A DNA stretch of 29,368 nucleotides from a virus (IMGVR_UViG_2698536651_000005:1-29368), one strand, 5' to 3'. Numbered from the stretch's first letter, positions 1 through 9,679 are shown. Notes: generated from the letters alone by a model not told the origin. Program-made: numbers and translations.

Positions 1-402
1 TTAATTTGTATATGTGATTTGATACGTGATTTCCGCCATCGCCCATGTTGCCATATCGTTATCACGCTGATAGTTAAATCCCCGTGGGATCATGGTATCG
101 ATAAGGCCGTAAAGCGCCGGAATATCCTCCAGTGCCGGGTAAATAATGTTGTCCATCCACGTATCCAGATCAGAATCCGGTGCCTGTGCACGGATAAAGA
201 CGGCGACATGCAGAACTGCCAGCCAGTCATCCTCATCCGTCATTTTTCCGGTGTACTGTGCATCACTCAGCCACACCGCCACGGCAGGCAGCTCCTGCGC
301 ATCAATAAAGGCAGGAAGGCCGTCAAACAGGACGGTCTTCTCCTCGCACGTCGTTTTCAGGCGCGACAATACGGCCTGACGAATTTGTGTGTGTCGGTTC
401 AT
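1..402 (-). CDS. tail terminator protein (lambda gpU-like)
   Basis: 133-aa ORF, ATG at 402 overlapping upstream stop (ATGA coupling); sequence closely resembles lambda gpU as recalled (FDG.PA...PAVAV.L...YTG...DS.LD.WM...IYPA..DIPAL...TYQITY); lies after the Z-like gene as in lambda. Confidence 0.75.
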   Translation of the reverse strand: MNRHTQIRQAVLSRLKTTCEEKTVLFDGLPAFIDAQELPAVAVWLSDAQYTGKMTDEDDWLAVLHVAVFIRAQAPDSDLDTWMDNIIYPALEDIPALYGLIDTMIPRGFNYQRDNDMATWAMAEITYQITYTN

Positions 403-977
403 AGGTTCAGATATGACCTCAGTTGTTGTTTCAGGGCATACCCCAGCTGTTTCGGCATCTCGTTATCAATGACGCTTTTACGGGCATCCTCAAATGCCTG
501 TGTCAGCGGACCGGACAGCGGAATTTTCACCACATCAATGGGGTAACGATTTTTGCCGTCAATACGCCGCATCACATGCCAGCGACCGTTCGCCAGTTGC
601 TGAACAAAGGCATTCCGGAAAAGATATTTTCCCACTTTCAGCACACTGCCACGGTAATGTAACCTGCCACCACGCCGGGTCATTCTGACCTGTGCAGCCC
701 CCAGTTTTATGGCGGGCAGGTTGCCGCGATTTACGCGAATACGGGCATACATTTTTCCGTCCGGGCTGGCTTTAAGTACCCTGACACGCTCACGCACCAG
801 TTTCAGGGGGATCCCCTTCACCTGGTTATCACCAGCCACAGTATTCTGCGCGACCTGCCGTGTGGCGACAGAGACAACCTTTGCCGCCACACGGTTCATC
901 GCCCATGCGCTGGCCTGTGGCACCATACGGGTATCAAGGCTGTTCAGATTACGGATGGCATTTTCAAGCCCCTTCAT
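399..977 (-). CDS. tail completion / minor tail protein (lambda gpZ-like position and size, 192 aa)
   Basis: ATG at 977 preceded by AGAGGTG RBS; 192 aa equals lambda Z length; sits between FII-position gene and U-like gene. Confidence 0.6.
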   Translation of the reverse strand: MKGLENAIRNLNSLDTRMVPQASAWAMNRVAAKVVSVATRQVAQNTVAGDNQVKGIPLKLVRERVRVLKASPDGKMYARIRVNRGNLPAIKLGAAQVRMTRRGGRLHYRGSVLKVGKYLFRNAFVQQLANGRWHVMRRIDGKNRYPIDVVKIPLSGPLTQAFEDARKSVIDNEMPKQLGYALKQQLRSYLNL

Positions 978-988
978 CCCACACCTCT

Positions 989-1264
989 TTACTCAATAAA
1001 GATCATTGGCTTACCGTTAAAGCGTTCATGCCGTGTGACCGTCCATTGTTGTCCGTCATAAACAACGCGGTCCCCGCGCCGTGGGCGGTATCCCGGAGAA
1101 AACACCACCAGGGAAAACGCCGGTCCGGAAAGCGCGTTCAGCTCTGCCAGTGTTTCTCCCGGGATCACCGTCATATCGACATCATTAATCGAAGCCATCT
1201 TTCCCATTCTTCTGATCGTGACCGCATCCATACGCGCAGCCAGCCGGGAAAAAGGATCAGACAT
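989..1264 (-). CDS. head-tail connector protein (lambda FII-position; Gifsy-type family)
   Basis: 91-aa ORF, ATG at 1264, 8-nt overlap with upstream gene; assignment by synteny only. Confidence 0.45.
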   Translation of the reverse strand: MSDPFSRLAARMDAVTIRRMGKMASINDVDMTVIPGETLAELNALSGPAFSLVVFSPGYRPRRGDRVVYDGQQWTVTRHERFNGKPMIFIE

Positions 1265-1580
1265 TGAGTTTTACCGGCACGTCTTCTGCGCTGGTTCCGG
1301 CATCCGCCCAGGTAACCCCGACAAGCGGATCGGAACCACTGTTCGTCAGCTGAACTTTTCCGGATTTCAGATAAACCTTCTTACCCGTTTTCATGTCATC
1401 CGTTTTCAGCTTCGGCAACATAAATACACCCTCAGCTATCCCGTCCCCCGTTTCGCCCTTTGCAATATCGGTCAGTGCCACTGCAAAAATATCTCCCACC
1501 TGCACCAGTTCACCACTGCTGATGTCTTTACCAGCAATGATCTCCACCGTTTTTCCTTCTTCCACAAAATTCTTTGCCAT
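1257..1580 (-). CDS. DUF2190-like head decoration/cement-type protein (lambda D position)
   Basis: ATG at 1580 (MAKNF...) with GGAGA RBS; alternative ATG at 1592; small Gly/Val-rich protein directly after capsid gene. Confidence 0.5.
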   Translation of the reverse strand: MAKNFVEEGKTVEIIAGKDISSGELVQVGDIFAVALTDIAKGETGDGIAEGVFMLPKLKTDDMKTGKKVYLKSGKVQLTNSGSDPLVGVTWADAGTSAEDVPVKLNV

Positions 1581-1623
1581 AACTGTCTCCATACAGCCCC
1601 TGCCCGGGGCTGATTTCAGGTAC

Positions 1624-1643
1624 AAAAAAAGCCCTTACGGGCC
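1624..1643 (-). terminator. short GC hairpin (GUAA tetraloop) followed by U7 on reverse strand, just after capsid gene stop
   Basis: reverse-strand RNA GGCCC-GUAA-GGGCU then UUUUUUU; located between capsid stop (1667) and next start (1580); likely partial terminator/attenuator. Confidence 0.35.
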
Positions 1644-1666
1644 ATCAGGGTTGTTGTCTGCGACAT

Positions 1667-3730
1667 TTACGCCGTACATTTCACCAGACCGCGGTGATCA
1701 ACCGGTGCAACGCCGGCGTCAATACGCACTTTCGTGGTCACGCCATCCACACTGAAACCTTCCATCTGATCAATGTATGGCGTATCCACACCGTTGAGAT
1801 AAGCCACTTCAATCGTATCGGAGCCTTTGGATGCAGCCAGATAAAAGGTGGTCTGGCTGCTATCATCCAGACGCGGCTCAGCGATAACGGTCGCAAAATC
1901 TTTCACCGGGTTAATAATACCGGCATTGACGTCTGCGCCTTTCACACTGGCAGAGCGGATCACCTGGTTAGCCACCGATTCCATCGCCGTCGGTACCAGC
2001 ACGAACGCAGGGCGAATATTCAGGTGACGCTCACCTTCTTTCTGAACACGCATCAACTGGCGGGCTTTATCCAGCGATGCCACGTCCATTGCTGCGCTCT
2101 CCAGTACGTTTGCATGTTTCGCTTTATCGAACAGGCTTACATTATCTGTGGAGATTTTCGGGTTAGAGGTCAGAATGGCATAAACCAGATCGGCAATCGT
2201 GGATTTCGCCGCACGGCCCAGCTTCATCGGGACATCGGTCAGCATATTCAGATCATCATTGATAATGGCCTGACGGGTGATACTGAACAGTTCACCATAG
2301 GTCGCCAGTGCAATCGTGGCCTGTTTATCTCCGGTGGTGACGTACTTATATTCAGCCCCTTCACGCACCTTACGCAGAGAACTGAAGCCCCCCATTCCCA
2401 CACGATGAGCAATTTTAAAATCAGACAGCTGACCTTTCCGGGTCCACTGCTCGTAAGTCTCAGGGGCTTCTTCCCAGCCCTGCAGAATGGCTTTGTTCGC
2501 AACATCCAGCAGAATATTACCGAAGTCAGACGAGCTGTGTGTGAATGCCGCACCAACCATCTGCATGGGGTTATAACCGGAAACCCCGATACCCCGTTCA
2601 GTCAGCGACATACGGGCATATTCGCGCAGGGTCATCCCGTTGTAGACGTTATCCTGTTCACGCTCAGCAAATCCGGCACGCGCCATCAGCGCCTGGCGGA
2701 TCCCGTCCCCCACAAAATTACCGTTACCGGCATAAATATGGGCCGGGGTATTTTTATTTGATGGTGAGAATTCCTTACCCATTTCGTTCAGTAACTTCTC
2801 ACGGGCCTGCTCAAGCGAGCACTCCGGATCGGAAAGACAACTGGCCTGCAATGTCTGATAACGCCCACCAAACATACCGAACAGCTCATTAATACCACTC
2901 ACACGTGCTTTTTGCTCTGCCAGTACCTGCGCACGGATACTGCTTTCATCTGCGGAAGGTGCATTTGTGGTAGTCGCGGTTGTGGCAACCGGAGCCGTAG
3001 TAGTCTTATCCTGTGTCTGAGATGCAGTATTTTTGTTTTCAGGTTCACGCGTTGCACTGTTGCGTGGAGGAATAATCATATTTCGAATGGATTCCGGCAT
3101 TTTTTTAAATTCCTCTGTACGTTTTGACTGAATACATGCCATTGCCTTAACTTCTGGTGTCACCTGGTCAGCAAATCCGTGTGCCAGACATTCGGCACCG
3201 GACATCCAGGTTTCATCCGCCAGCATGGCAGCAATTTCATCGGTGGTTTTCCCGGTTTTCTGCGCATAAGCAGGCAACAGGACCGACTCAACTTTATCAA
3301 GCAGGTCGGCATAATCACGCATATCATCCGCATCGCCACCACTCACTCCCCATGGTTTATGGATCATCATGAATGCGTTTTCCGGCATGATGACGGGATC
3401 ACCCACCATTGCAATGACCGATGCCATGGATGCCGCGACACCATCCACATAAACAGTGATGGACGCCCCATGATTTTTCAGCGCATTAAAAATGGCGATG
3501 CCTTCAAAGACATCGCCACCCGGTGAATTGATATGGAGATTAATGTGGGTGATATTACCCAGCGCATTCAGATCGCTGACAAACTGCTTCGCCGTAACTC
3601 CCCAGAAACCAATCTCGTCATAGATATAAATATCTGCGTCACTTTTATGACCCGCCTTCATCCTGAACCAGGAATTATTCTTCAGGCTGGCCTTCAGTTC
3701 GCTGCGGAACCACGCGTTCTGTTTCAGCAT
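1667..3730 (-). CDS. prohead protease (ClpP/S49-like) fused to major capsid protein
   Basis: Long ORF; N-terminal part has ClpP-like serine protease character (YDEIGFWGV...INSPGGDV...MASVIA...MIHKP), C-terminal ~400 aa has the position and size of a major capsid domain after a Thr/Ala-rich linker; track ORF extends to a TTG at 3922 but ATG at 3730 has a perfect AAGGAGGT RBS; 56-nt overlap with portal. Confidence 0.75.
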   Translation of the reverse strand: MLKQNAWFRSELKASLKNNSWFRMKAGHKSDADIYIYDEIGFWGVTAKQFVSDLNALGNITHINLHINSPGGDVFEGIAIFNALKNHGASITVYVDGVAASMASVIAMVGDPVIMPENAFMMIHKPWGVSGGDADDMRDYADLLDKVESVLLPAYAQKTGKTTDEIAAMLADETWMSGAECLAHGFADQVTPEVKAMACIQSKRTEEFKKMPESIRNMIIPPRNSATREPENKNTASQTQDKTTTAPVATTATTTNAPSADESSIRAQVLAEQKARVSGINELFGMFGGRYQTLQASCLSDPECSLEQAREKLLNEMGKEFSPSNKNTPAHIYAGNGNFVGDGIRQALMARAGFAEREQDNVYNGMTLREYARMSLTERGIGVSGYNPMQMVGAAFTHSSSDFGNILLDVANKAILQGWEEAPETYEQWTRKGQLSDFKIAHRVGMGGFSSLRKVREGAEYKYVTTGDKQATIALATYGELFSITRQAIINDDLNMLTDVPMKLGRAAKSTIADLVYAILTSNPKISTDNVSLFDKAKHANVLESAAMDVASLDKARQLMRVQKEGERHLNIRPAFVLVPTAMESVANQVIRSASVKGADVNAGIINPVKDFATVIAEPRLDDSSQTTFYLAASKGSDTIEVAYLNGVDTPYIDQMEGFSVDGVTTKVRIDAGVAPVDHRGLVKCTA

Positions 3731-5180
3731 TACCACCTCCTTTATCGCAGGCAGGATCGGTATCAAACACCAGATCCAGCCTGCGGTTTTCATCAATTTC
3801 GGCCTTGCGCCGACGTTTAACATCATCCGGATTACGACCACTGGCGCGCACCCAGTCTGATTCTGTTGCCGCACCACCACGAATCTGGATTTTCCAGGCT
3901 TCAGCTTCCTTGACAGGATCAATCCACGGCATAACCGGACCAGAATATGTTGCGTTATATAATGTTTTTATATCCACATCCGACGGAATTTTCAGCAGCC
4001 CCGCGGCAACCACCATATTCAGCCATGCCCGGTACACCGGACGGGTTACAGCACCAATAAAACAGTCCTGCAGGATCAGATAGCCATCGGTGGACTCAAC
4101 CAGCTCCTGTCGCTGGGAACTGTAGGTACCGTTATAGTTACGTGCTGCACTGGAAAAACTCAGACGAGTGCCCGCCGCCATGGCCCGCAACTGACCATTA
4201 CGAAAAGTTTCCAGATTAGGGTTAGGCCGATCAGATTTGACCATGCCAATATCTTCCCCCTTACGCAGATCGTCATAAATAATGCCGGGAGTGATATGCA
4301 GTTCCCGATCATTATCTTTATTCGTCACAGGTTCCTCATAATCCTGCCCGTCTCCTTTACGAATATACAGCCCCAGTGCCGCAGCAACGCGCGCCGCTAC
4401 CAGCTCAGCATCTTCATATTCCTTAAGCGCACTGATCCGCATCAGCACACCGGACAACATGGATGTGCCACGCGTCTGATGAAGGCGGCGGGTAAACTTC
4501 AGATGCACCATATTTTCAGCGGCGATCTCTTTGGTTTCACTCTGTCGCCCGGTAACCGGATAATTTTTATAAACCAGGTATTTTTTCGGCCTGCCCCATT
4601 TATCCAGAAAAACCCCCTGATTCATTCCCGCAGACTCATCACTGAGCATGGGCACAAAATCCGGCTCCATTGCCTCGAGCCAGAAAGGCACACCGGCAGT
4701 CCGCGCCAGCCCGGCACCTGCGCCTCTGACCATCTGGGCAAACACTTCTCCATCACGTAACCAGGTACGCAACAGCAGACGTTCGAGCATGGGGCGCGTA
4801 TGCTGCCCGGTCACATCCGGACTGACAGACCATTCCGCCCACAAACGACGGATAATCATTGCCAGCTCTGTAGCCATATCACCATTTTTCAGTAATGGTT
4901 GTGGTTCAACAATGATCCCCTTTGCACCAATCACCCGCTCCTCAAGTTTGTCGAAAACACCGATTACCAGGTCATGATTGATGTCCAAAAAACGGGCCTG
5001 CTCCCGCAGGGAAACCGCCCCGTACTTACTGAGCTGGTCGGCAGAACGGTTTTCCCGTCGGGCTTTGTGTGTGCGTGTGGGTTTCACGGCCTCATAAGCG
5101 CGGATTAACGCTCTTGAGCGCAACCTCGCCGCTTTCCAGCCTGGAGAAAAAACACCAATCACATCATCCAGAATTGCCAT
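3675..5180 (-). CDS. portal protein (lambda gpB-like)
   Basis: 501-aa ORF between W-like gene and protease-capsid gene; ATG at 5180 overlaps upstream stop (ATGA); GGTGAGG RBS. Confidence 0.8.
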   Translation of the reverse strand: MAILDDVIGVFSPGWKAARLRSRALIRAYEAVKPTRTHKARRENRSADQLSKYGAVSLREQARFLDINHDLVIGVFDKLEERVIGAKGIIVEPQPLLKNGDMATELAMIIRRLWAEWSVSPDVTGQHTRPMLERLLLRTWLRDGEVFAQMVRGAGAGLARTAGVPFWLEAMEPDFVPMLSDESAGMNQGVFLDKWGRPKKYLVYKNYPVTGRQSETKEIAAENMVHLKFTRRLHQTRGTSMLSGVLMRISALKEYEDAELVAARVAAALGLYIRKGDGQDYEEPVTNKDNDRELHITPGIIYDDLRKGEDIGMVKSDRPNPNLETFRNGQLRAMAAGTRLSFSSAARNYNGTYSSQRQELVESTDGYLILQDCFIGAVTRPVYRAWLNMVVAAGLLKIPSDVDIKTLYNATYSGPVMPWIDPVKEAEAWKIQIRGGAATESDWVRASGRNPDDVKRRRKAEIDENRRLDLVFDTDPACDKGGGNAETERVVPQRTEGQPEE

Positions 5181-5398
5181 CAGAACCTCACCAGTTTATA
5201 TCCCGGGTTCCCCCGTCGCCGCGCAGTCAGGGCAGCAAGACGCCGCTCCCACTCCTGACGCCCCTGTCGGATCTCGGACAGGTTTTCCATGGTCATCTGC
5301 TGACCATTAAAGGTGACGGATTTTCCATCCAGCACAGACATTTCCGCATCAATATAACGCTGGATCATGGCTTCAATATCATTCTGATTCATAACCAT
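5180..5398 (-). CDS. head-tail joining protein (lambda gpW-like)
   Basis: 72 aa; C-terminus ...RRRGNPGYKLVRF resembles lambda W C-terminus as recalled (...RRRGPAGFYV); lies between terminase large subunit and portal. Confidence 0.65.
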   Translation of the reverse strand: MVMNQNDIEAMIQRYIDAEMSVLDGKSVTFNGQQMTMENLSEIRQGRQEWERRLAALTARRRGNPGYKLVRF

Positions 5399-7488
5399 CC
5401 TCCGGATGTCACCCAGGGGTTATCCTCATCGGGTGCCATTTTTTTTCGTTTCTTTTTTCTGGCCGGGGGACGTTCCGGCTCCGGCAGAACAGGTGGCTCC
5501 GCGTTGTCACTGACACACTCCAGCCAGGTTTCCCGGCACGCCCACTCCGGCGCATCAGGCCACTGAATTTTCTCGTACCCATGCAGAATGACCAGCGCCT
5601 CGGCATACACCATCAGGTCAAAGGCTTCGTTCGCACCGCGCCCCGGCTTACTCCATTTCCCGTCACTGCTCCGCTCTTCATACGTCAGTTCGTCGTAAAA
5701 CCAGCTCCCCAGCCAGTCGGGAAAATGCACATAGCCAGGACCGGGAGAATCACGCCATAACGCGTTATTCACCCGGTCTTTCAGAGCGTCAGTCTGAAGA
5801 AGCCAGAGAGGCACATCACCCGCAGCCTGCGCCCGTCGGCCCGTTCGTCCGGTGTTATCAGGGAATGTACGGGTGATCAGTTTTGCGCGCCGGATGCTGT
5901 CGCCCTTAAACAGGTAAATACGTTTACCAAGGCCATCACGACGGCAACGACGCCAGAATTTATAGGCATTATCAGTGACCCCGTCTTCACCGCCGGAGTC
6001 CACCGCCATTGCCATCAGTCGCATTTGTTGAGAAGGGTCGGAGGCCAGCGGCCAGCTTTTATGAAAAACATCCGTCAGCAGGACATCCCAGTCTTCCGGA
6101 TAGCTGGCCGGATCAATTCGCTGGCTCTCCCCGTCGCTGTCACCGCGCAATGACTGCGTGATGTTGTAACGATCAATAATCCAGCGTTCGCCACGGCTGC
6201 CATAGCCCGTTACCTGAACCACAAAACGGCGATGACGTCCCGCCTGCACATCCACTGTCGCCACAAGGAAATTAACGCCATCCGGCACACTGCGGGAAGG
6301 AACTGGCTCCGCCCGCTGCTCAAGCAGTTCACTTTTTCGTTGCTCCATGCTGGCACGAGGAAGATAAGGCAATCCCCAGTCGGTGTTGATAACCGCCCTG
6401 AGTGTTTCTTCGCTTCCTGTCGCTTCATACTCCTGTTCTGCAGTCAGTAATTTGTAAACCAGTTGCGCCCAGGTCTGATACGCAGCAGCTGGCCCTTCCA
6501 TCCAGAAACTGGCGATACGGGAGCGGCGCGGTTCACCGGAAACGTTGCCGTTACGATCAATGACCTGACCTTCACGCAACCAGACTCCTGCACTATTGAG
6601 CTCACGCTTTTTCTCCGCAGTGATAATGCCGCTGCAGTGCGGGCAAAGTAGATACGCCGCCTCACTGGCTTTAAAGGGATCCGGTTCATTACGGTAGCCG
6701 GTCATGGCATCCATGGCTGGCTGAAAATATTCACCGCAGTGCGGACATGACCAGTACCAGCGGCGGCGGTCACCACGATTGTAAAGGGAAAGAATACCAG
6801 TCGTCGGTGGCGCTTCATGAGGCGACTTACGTCGCCATTTGCTGTCGCAGATGTCACGTCCCGGCGAGCTCTCCACCAGAGTCATCCCGGCGGACATAAA
6901 TGTGGTGGTACGTTTTGAGGCCAGGGAGAAACCATCACCCTCGCTGTCGATATTCTCCGGAAAACGGTCGTAATCGGTTAAGGCGACAAACCGGTAATCC
7001 GACGACGACATAATGTTGACCGAGGGCCAACCAATTTTAAGGAACGAGCCATCCCTGAACGTCTTATCATGGACATTATTGTCGTTACGACGTGGACTCA
7101 TTCTTTTCTTTACCGCCGCACTGCTTCTGAACGTTCTGTCGAGGCGCTTTTTAGAATGCTCGCGGGCCTTATCTTCGGTCATCTGCACAACGAGCATGTC
7201 CGAAGGATCGCAAACGATGGTATAGACAATCCATCCATCGATCAGACCAATGGTCTTCCCTGTTCGCGCAGGACCAACAAAAATCACCGCATCGTATTCA
7301 CGCGATGCCAGGCAGTTCATGGGCTCAATGATATAGGGTGTCAGTTCAGGATCCCATGGCACCGAGTTACCAGCCCCCTTGGGAACACGCATGAATTTTT
7401 TAACAGCCTCCGAAATCGGCATGCGACGTGGTGGGGAAAATCCTGCCGATATGTCCCTTCCCAAATTTCGGGCTGATGAAAAACCCAT
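5389..7488 (-). CDS. terminase large subunit (lambda gpA family)
   Basis: 699 aa; Walker A-like GPARTGKT near N-terminus; AGGAGG RBS 5 nt upstream of ATG 7488; follows small terminase. Confidence 0.85.
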   Translation of the reverse strand: MGFSSARNLGRDISAGFSPPRRMPISEAVKKFMRVPKGAGNSVPWDPELTPYIIEPMNCLASREYDAVIFVGPARTGKTIGLIDGWIVYTIVCDPSDMLVVQMTEDKAREHSKKRLDRTFRSSAAVKKRMSPRRNDNNVHDKTFRDGSFLKIGWPSVNIMSSSDYRFVALTDYDRFPENIDSEGDGFSLASKRTTTFMSAGMTLVESSPGRDICDSKWRRKSPHEAPPTTGILSLYNRGDRRRWYWSCPHCGEYFQPAMDAMTGYRNEPDPFKASEAAYLLCPHCSGIITAEKKRELNSAGVWLREGQVIDRNGNVSGEPRRSRIASFWMEGPAAAYQTWAQLVYKLLTAEQEYEATGSEETLRAVINTDWGLPYLPRASMEQRKSELLEQRAEPVPSRSVPDGVNFLVATVDVQAGRHRRFVVQVTGYGSRGERWIIDRYNITQSLRGDSDGESQRIDPASYPEDWDVLLTDVFHKSWPLASDPSQQMRLMAMAVDSGGEDGVTDNAYKFWRRCRRDGLGKRIYLFKGDSIRRAKLITRTFPDNTGRTGRRAQAAGDVPLWLLQTDALKDRVNNALWRDSPGPGYVHFPDWLGSWFYDELTYEERSSDGKWSKPGRGANEAFDLMVYAEALVILHGYEKIQWPDAPEWACRETWLECVSDNAEPPVLPEPERPPARKKKRKKMAPDEDNPWVTSGGWL

Positions 7489-7496
7489 TATTCCTC

Positions 7497-8024
7497 CTAG
7501 AGACTCTCTCCTTCCTCATCAGGAATTAATTCAGCAGCACAAGCCTCGTAGGATTTTTCCTGAAGAATGTATCGCAGGTCATCAATGGCCTGCTGTACAA
7601 CGCCGACGGCCTGAGGAGTCAGGGCGCAATCGCGTTCAAGAACATCCGGAATTGTCTCCAGAACCTGGACGACAGCCTTTCTCATGGACGAATAGACGAT
7701 GACTACTTCATCAACGGGGATGAGTTTTCGCTGCTCCTTTTCCAGCTTGATCCTTTCATTTTCAGACTGGTACCAGTCCTTTCTCTCTTTCGGCTCCATA
7801 CGGGATGGATCATGAACAGAGTCTGCTGCCTCATGCTTCACACTAAACAGGGCAGGCCCGACATGCTGCAGGGCGTAAACGGGGTTCCCCCTGACAGTCG
7901 CAGCCACAGGAGTGTTGGCCGCGAGGAGCCGTTTTTTTACTGTGTCCCGGTGAAGCCCAAAGGCCTCGGCGATTTTAAAAACACTCCAGTAATAAGCATC
8001 ACCGATCCCGCTCACATTTGACAT
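7497..8024 (-). CDS. terminase small subunit (Nu1-like, N-terminal HTH)
   Basis: ORF immediately upstream of large terminase; N-terminal HTH-like segment (VFKIAEAFGLHRDTVKKRL); ATG at 8024 has a GGAG RBS, alternative ATG at 8036 has none. Confidence 0.65.
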   Translation of the reverse strand: MSNVSGIGDAYYWSVFKIAEAFGLHRDTVKKRLLAANTPVAATVRGNPVYALQHVGPALFSVKHEAADSVHDPSRMEPKERKDWYQSENERIKLEKEQRKLIPVDEVVIVYSSMRKAVVQVLETIPDVLERDCALTPQAVGVVQQAIDDLRYILQEKSYEACAAELIPDEEGESL

Positions 8025-8203
8025 AAGCAACTCCATCTGGCAGGTGAAAATCAGGTTTATTTATATATTTCAATGCATTGCAAACTGGTCTAATGACAGG
8101 GAGAAAAAAATATTGTACAGGTGAAAATGGAAATAGCTTTTAATTATCAATAAATTACCTCACATGCTGCCGCCACCATGAAAATGCAAAAACTAGCCGT
8201 TTT

Positions 8204-8225
8204 CCGCGCCGCTGCCGCCCCGTGG
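8204..8225 (-). other. candidate cos site (cosN-like)
   Basis: reverse-strand sequence CCACG-GGGCGGCAGCGG-CGCGGAAAACGG resembles lambda cosN as recalled (ACG-GGGCGGCGACCT-CGCGGGTTTTCG); about 180-190 nt upstream of small terminase start as in lambda; followed by AT-rich tract. Confidence 0.4.
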
Positions 8226-8619
8226 CAGGCCACCCCACCGGAAGGACCCGCACAAATGAGAGCGTTTATCATTAACATTTACAGATAAAATGACGTACAT
8301 CATTGAAACGCCATTCAGCCATATACCGGCAGCATTCGTAGTTGCACTCCGTAACTCTGCGACTAAGGTTAAAAACATGGCCCTCTTTTGCCACCGGCAA
8401 ATCTTCAATGGATTTCCCCTGCCGGTTTTTTATTTTCGTCGATGCATAACATTGCATTTACATCAATAGCGGCTATTGTCATTAGTATGTTGCATCAATG
8501 CATGGGTGGTATTGGCGGTCTTCGCCAGCCGGTTCTGTGTAGCTGCTCCCTGTGACCGGTTTTTTATTTCTCACATTATCGCAGCCCCTCTGTGTGAAGG
8601 GCTGCTGTAATGCCTGCTG

Positions 8620-8916
8620 TTACTCAGTAACGACCGCGCCTTCCGGTAATTTCATACCGGCAAATACCGGACAGCCAGGATGGCGATCATCTTCTGTTGC
8701 TTCCAGCATTGACTCACCAAACCACTCCGTCGTGGCGCGACCATCAGCAGCTTTGTAGTGGAGTAAGTACTGGTTTTCGCCATCCGCATACTGAGCGCGG
8801 GCTTTAACCTCACCCCATTCATCACTGATGCACATTTCCACCAGTTGTGACAGTTCAAACTTAAACGGAACAGCCACAGCACCAATTACCATTGGTTTGT
8901 CTTCTTTCTTTTCCAT
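8620..8916 (-). CDS. hypothetical protein (acidic, 98 aa)
   Basis: ATG at 8916 (MEKKEDK...) with AGGAGA RBS; track ORF extends further to 8967; no recognised motifs. Confidence 0.4.
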   Translation of the reverse strand: MEKKEDKPMVIGAVAVPFKFELSQLVEMCISDEWGEVKARAQYADGENQYLLHYKAADGRATTEWFGESMLEATEDDRHPGCPVFAGMKLPEGAVVTE

Positions 8917-9090
8917 TATCTTCTCCTGATATCGAAGCCCGTCACCGCCCCGGGCGCTGATCAACATTTGAGTATTCGCGGCGACAGAAAGAATTTATTT
9001 TATTGAGTAGCCACAAACACAGAATTTCATGCTTTCCGGACGCCGGCGCATCCTTCATTTTTCAGCAAAATATTCTGCTCTTACAGGCGA

Positions 9091-9273
9091 TCAGTTCTGC
9101 ATACACTGCCGAACACCGTCGACAATTTCACAGACTTGAGAAGCTGTATCGAAAAGCTGGCGCGCCTTATCCAGGCTGACGCATCCCACCAGGAAAAAAG
9201 GCACCAGTATCGCTACCAGTACCCATTTCGCCGCCGTTCGCGGCATTCTGTGTGTCCAGTGTTTTCGCTTCAT
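9091..9273 (-). CDS. putative small lipoprotein
   Basis: MKRKHW...AAKWVLVAILVPFFLVGC: signal peptide plus lipobox LVGC; 30-aa mature part with 3 Cys; weak RBS. Confidence 0.35.
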   Translation of the reverse strand: MKRKHWTHRMPRTAAKWVLVAILVPFFLVGCVSLDKARQLFDTASQVCEIVDGVRQCMQN

Positions 9274-9277
9274 CTCA

Positions 9278-9412
9278 CTATCCACCAATCAATCCGGATA
9301 AGCTCAATACTCGCCAGGCGGTGGAAATGAAAATGGCAACCAACATTGCTGAAAATGAAAGGCCAACAACCACACAGAGAATTCGCGCCAGTTTTATAAT
9401 GCTATCTGACAT
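9278..9412 (-). CDS. putative small membrane protein (44 aa)
   Basis: internal ATG of a 75-aa track ORF; single hydrophobic segment; overlaps a different-frame ORF, uncertain. Confidence 0.2.
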   Translation of the reverse strand: MSDSIIKLARILCVVVGLSFSAMLVAIFISTAWRVLSLSGLIGG

Positions 9413-9429
9413 ATTTACCCCTGCCCCAC

Positions 9430-9612
9430 TTACGATTTCACAGCAATGATCAATTTTGCCATCCCATACAGCATCGGAGACACAGCGATACCGACCGCCA
9501 CCCACTTAATGGCAAAAGCCACCGCTCTGCTGATGTCATCAGTTACAGGCGCTTTCAATTCAAGGCCGTTTTTCATGGTCAACCTCAACAGAATTAGTTT
9601 ATACTTCCTCAT
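9430..9612 (-). CDS. putative small membrane protein (60 aa)
   Basis: AGGAGA just upstream of ATG 9612; C-terminal hydrophobic segment AFAIKWVAVGIAVSPMLYGMAKLIIAV. Confidence 0.3.
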   Translation of the reverse strand: MRKYKLILLRLTMKNGLELKAPVTDDISRAVAFAIKWVAVGIAVSPMLYGMAKLIIAVKS

Positions 9613-9645
9613 GTTCTCCTTTGCCTTACCCAGGGCCAGAAACAG

Positions 9646-9679
9646 AAAACCCCGGACTGTTACCGCAGCCGGGGTTTTT
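9646..9679. terminator. bidirectional rho-independent terminator
   Basis: AAAACCCCGG-(13 nt loop)-CCGGGGTTTT, with T-run on forward strand and U-run on reverse-strand reading; lies downstream of endolysin stop (9773). Confidence 0.55.

Noticed and set aside
1694-2761. 355-aa forward-strand ORF
   Set aside because: Entirely antisense to the protease-capsid gene; His/Arg-rich translation with no start signals.
8193-8457. Two overlapping reverse-strand ORFs (71 and 61 aa)
   Set aside because: They overlap the candidate cos site, have no RBS and Cys-rich odd composition; likely non-coding.
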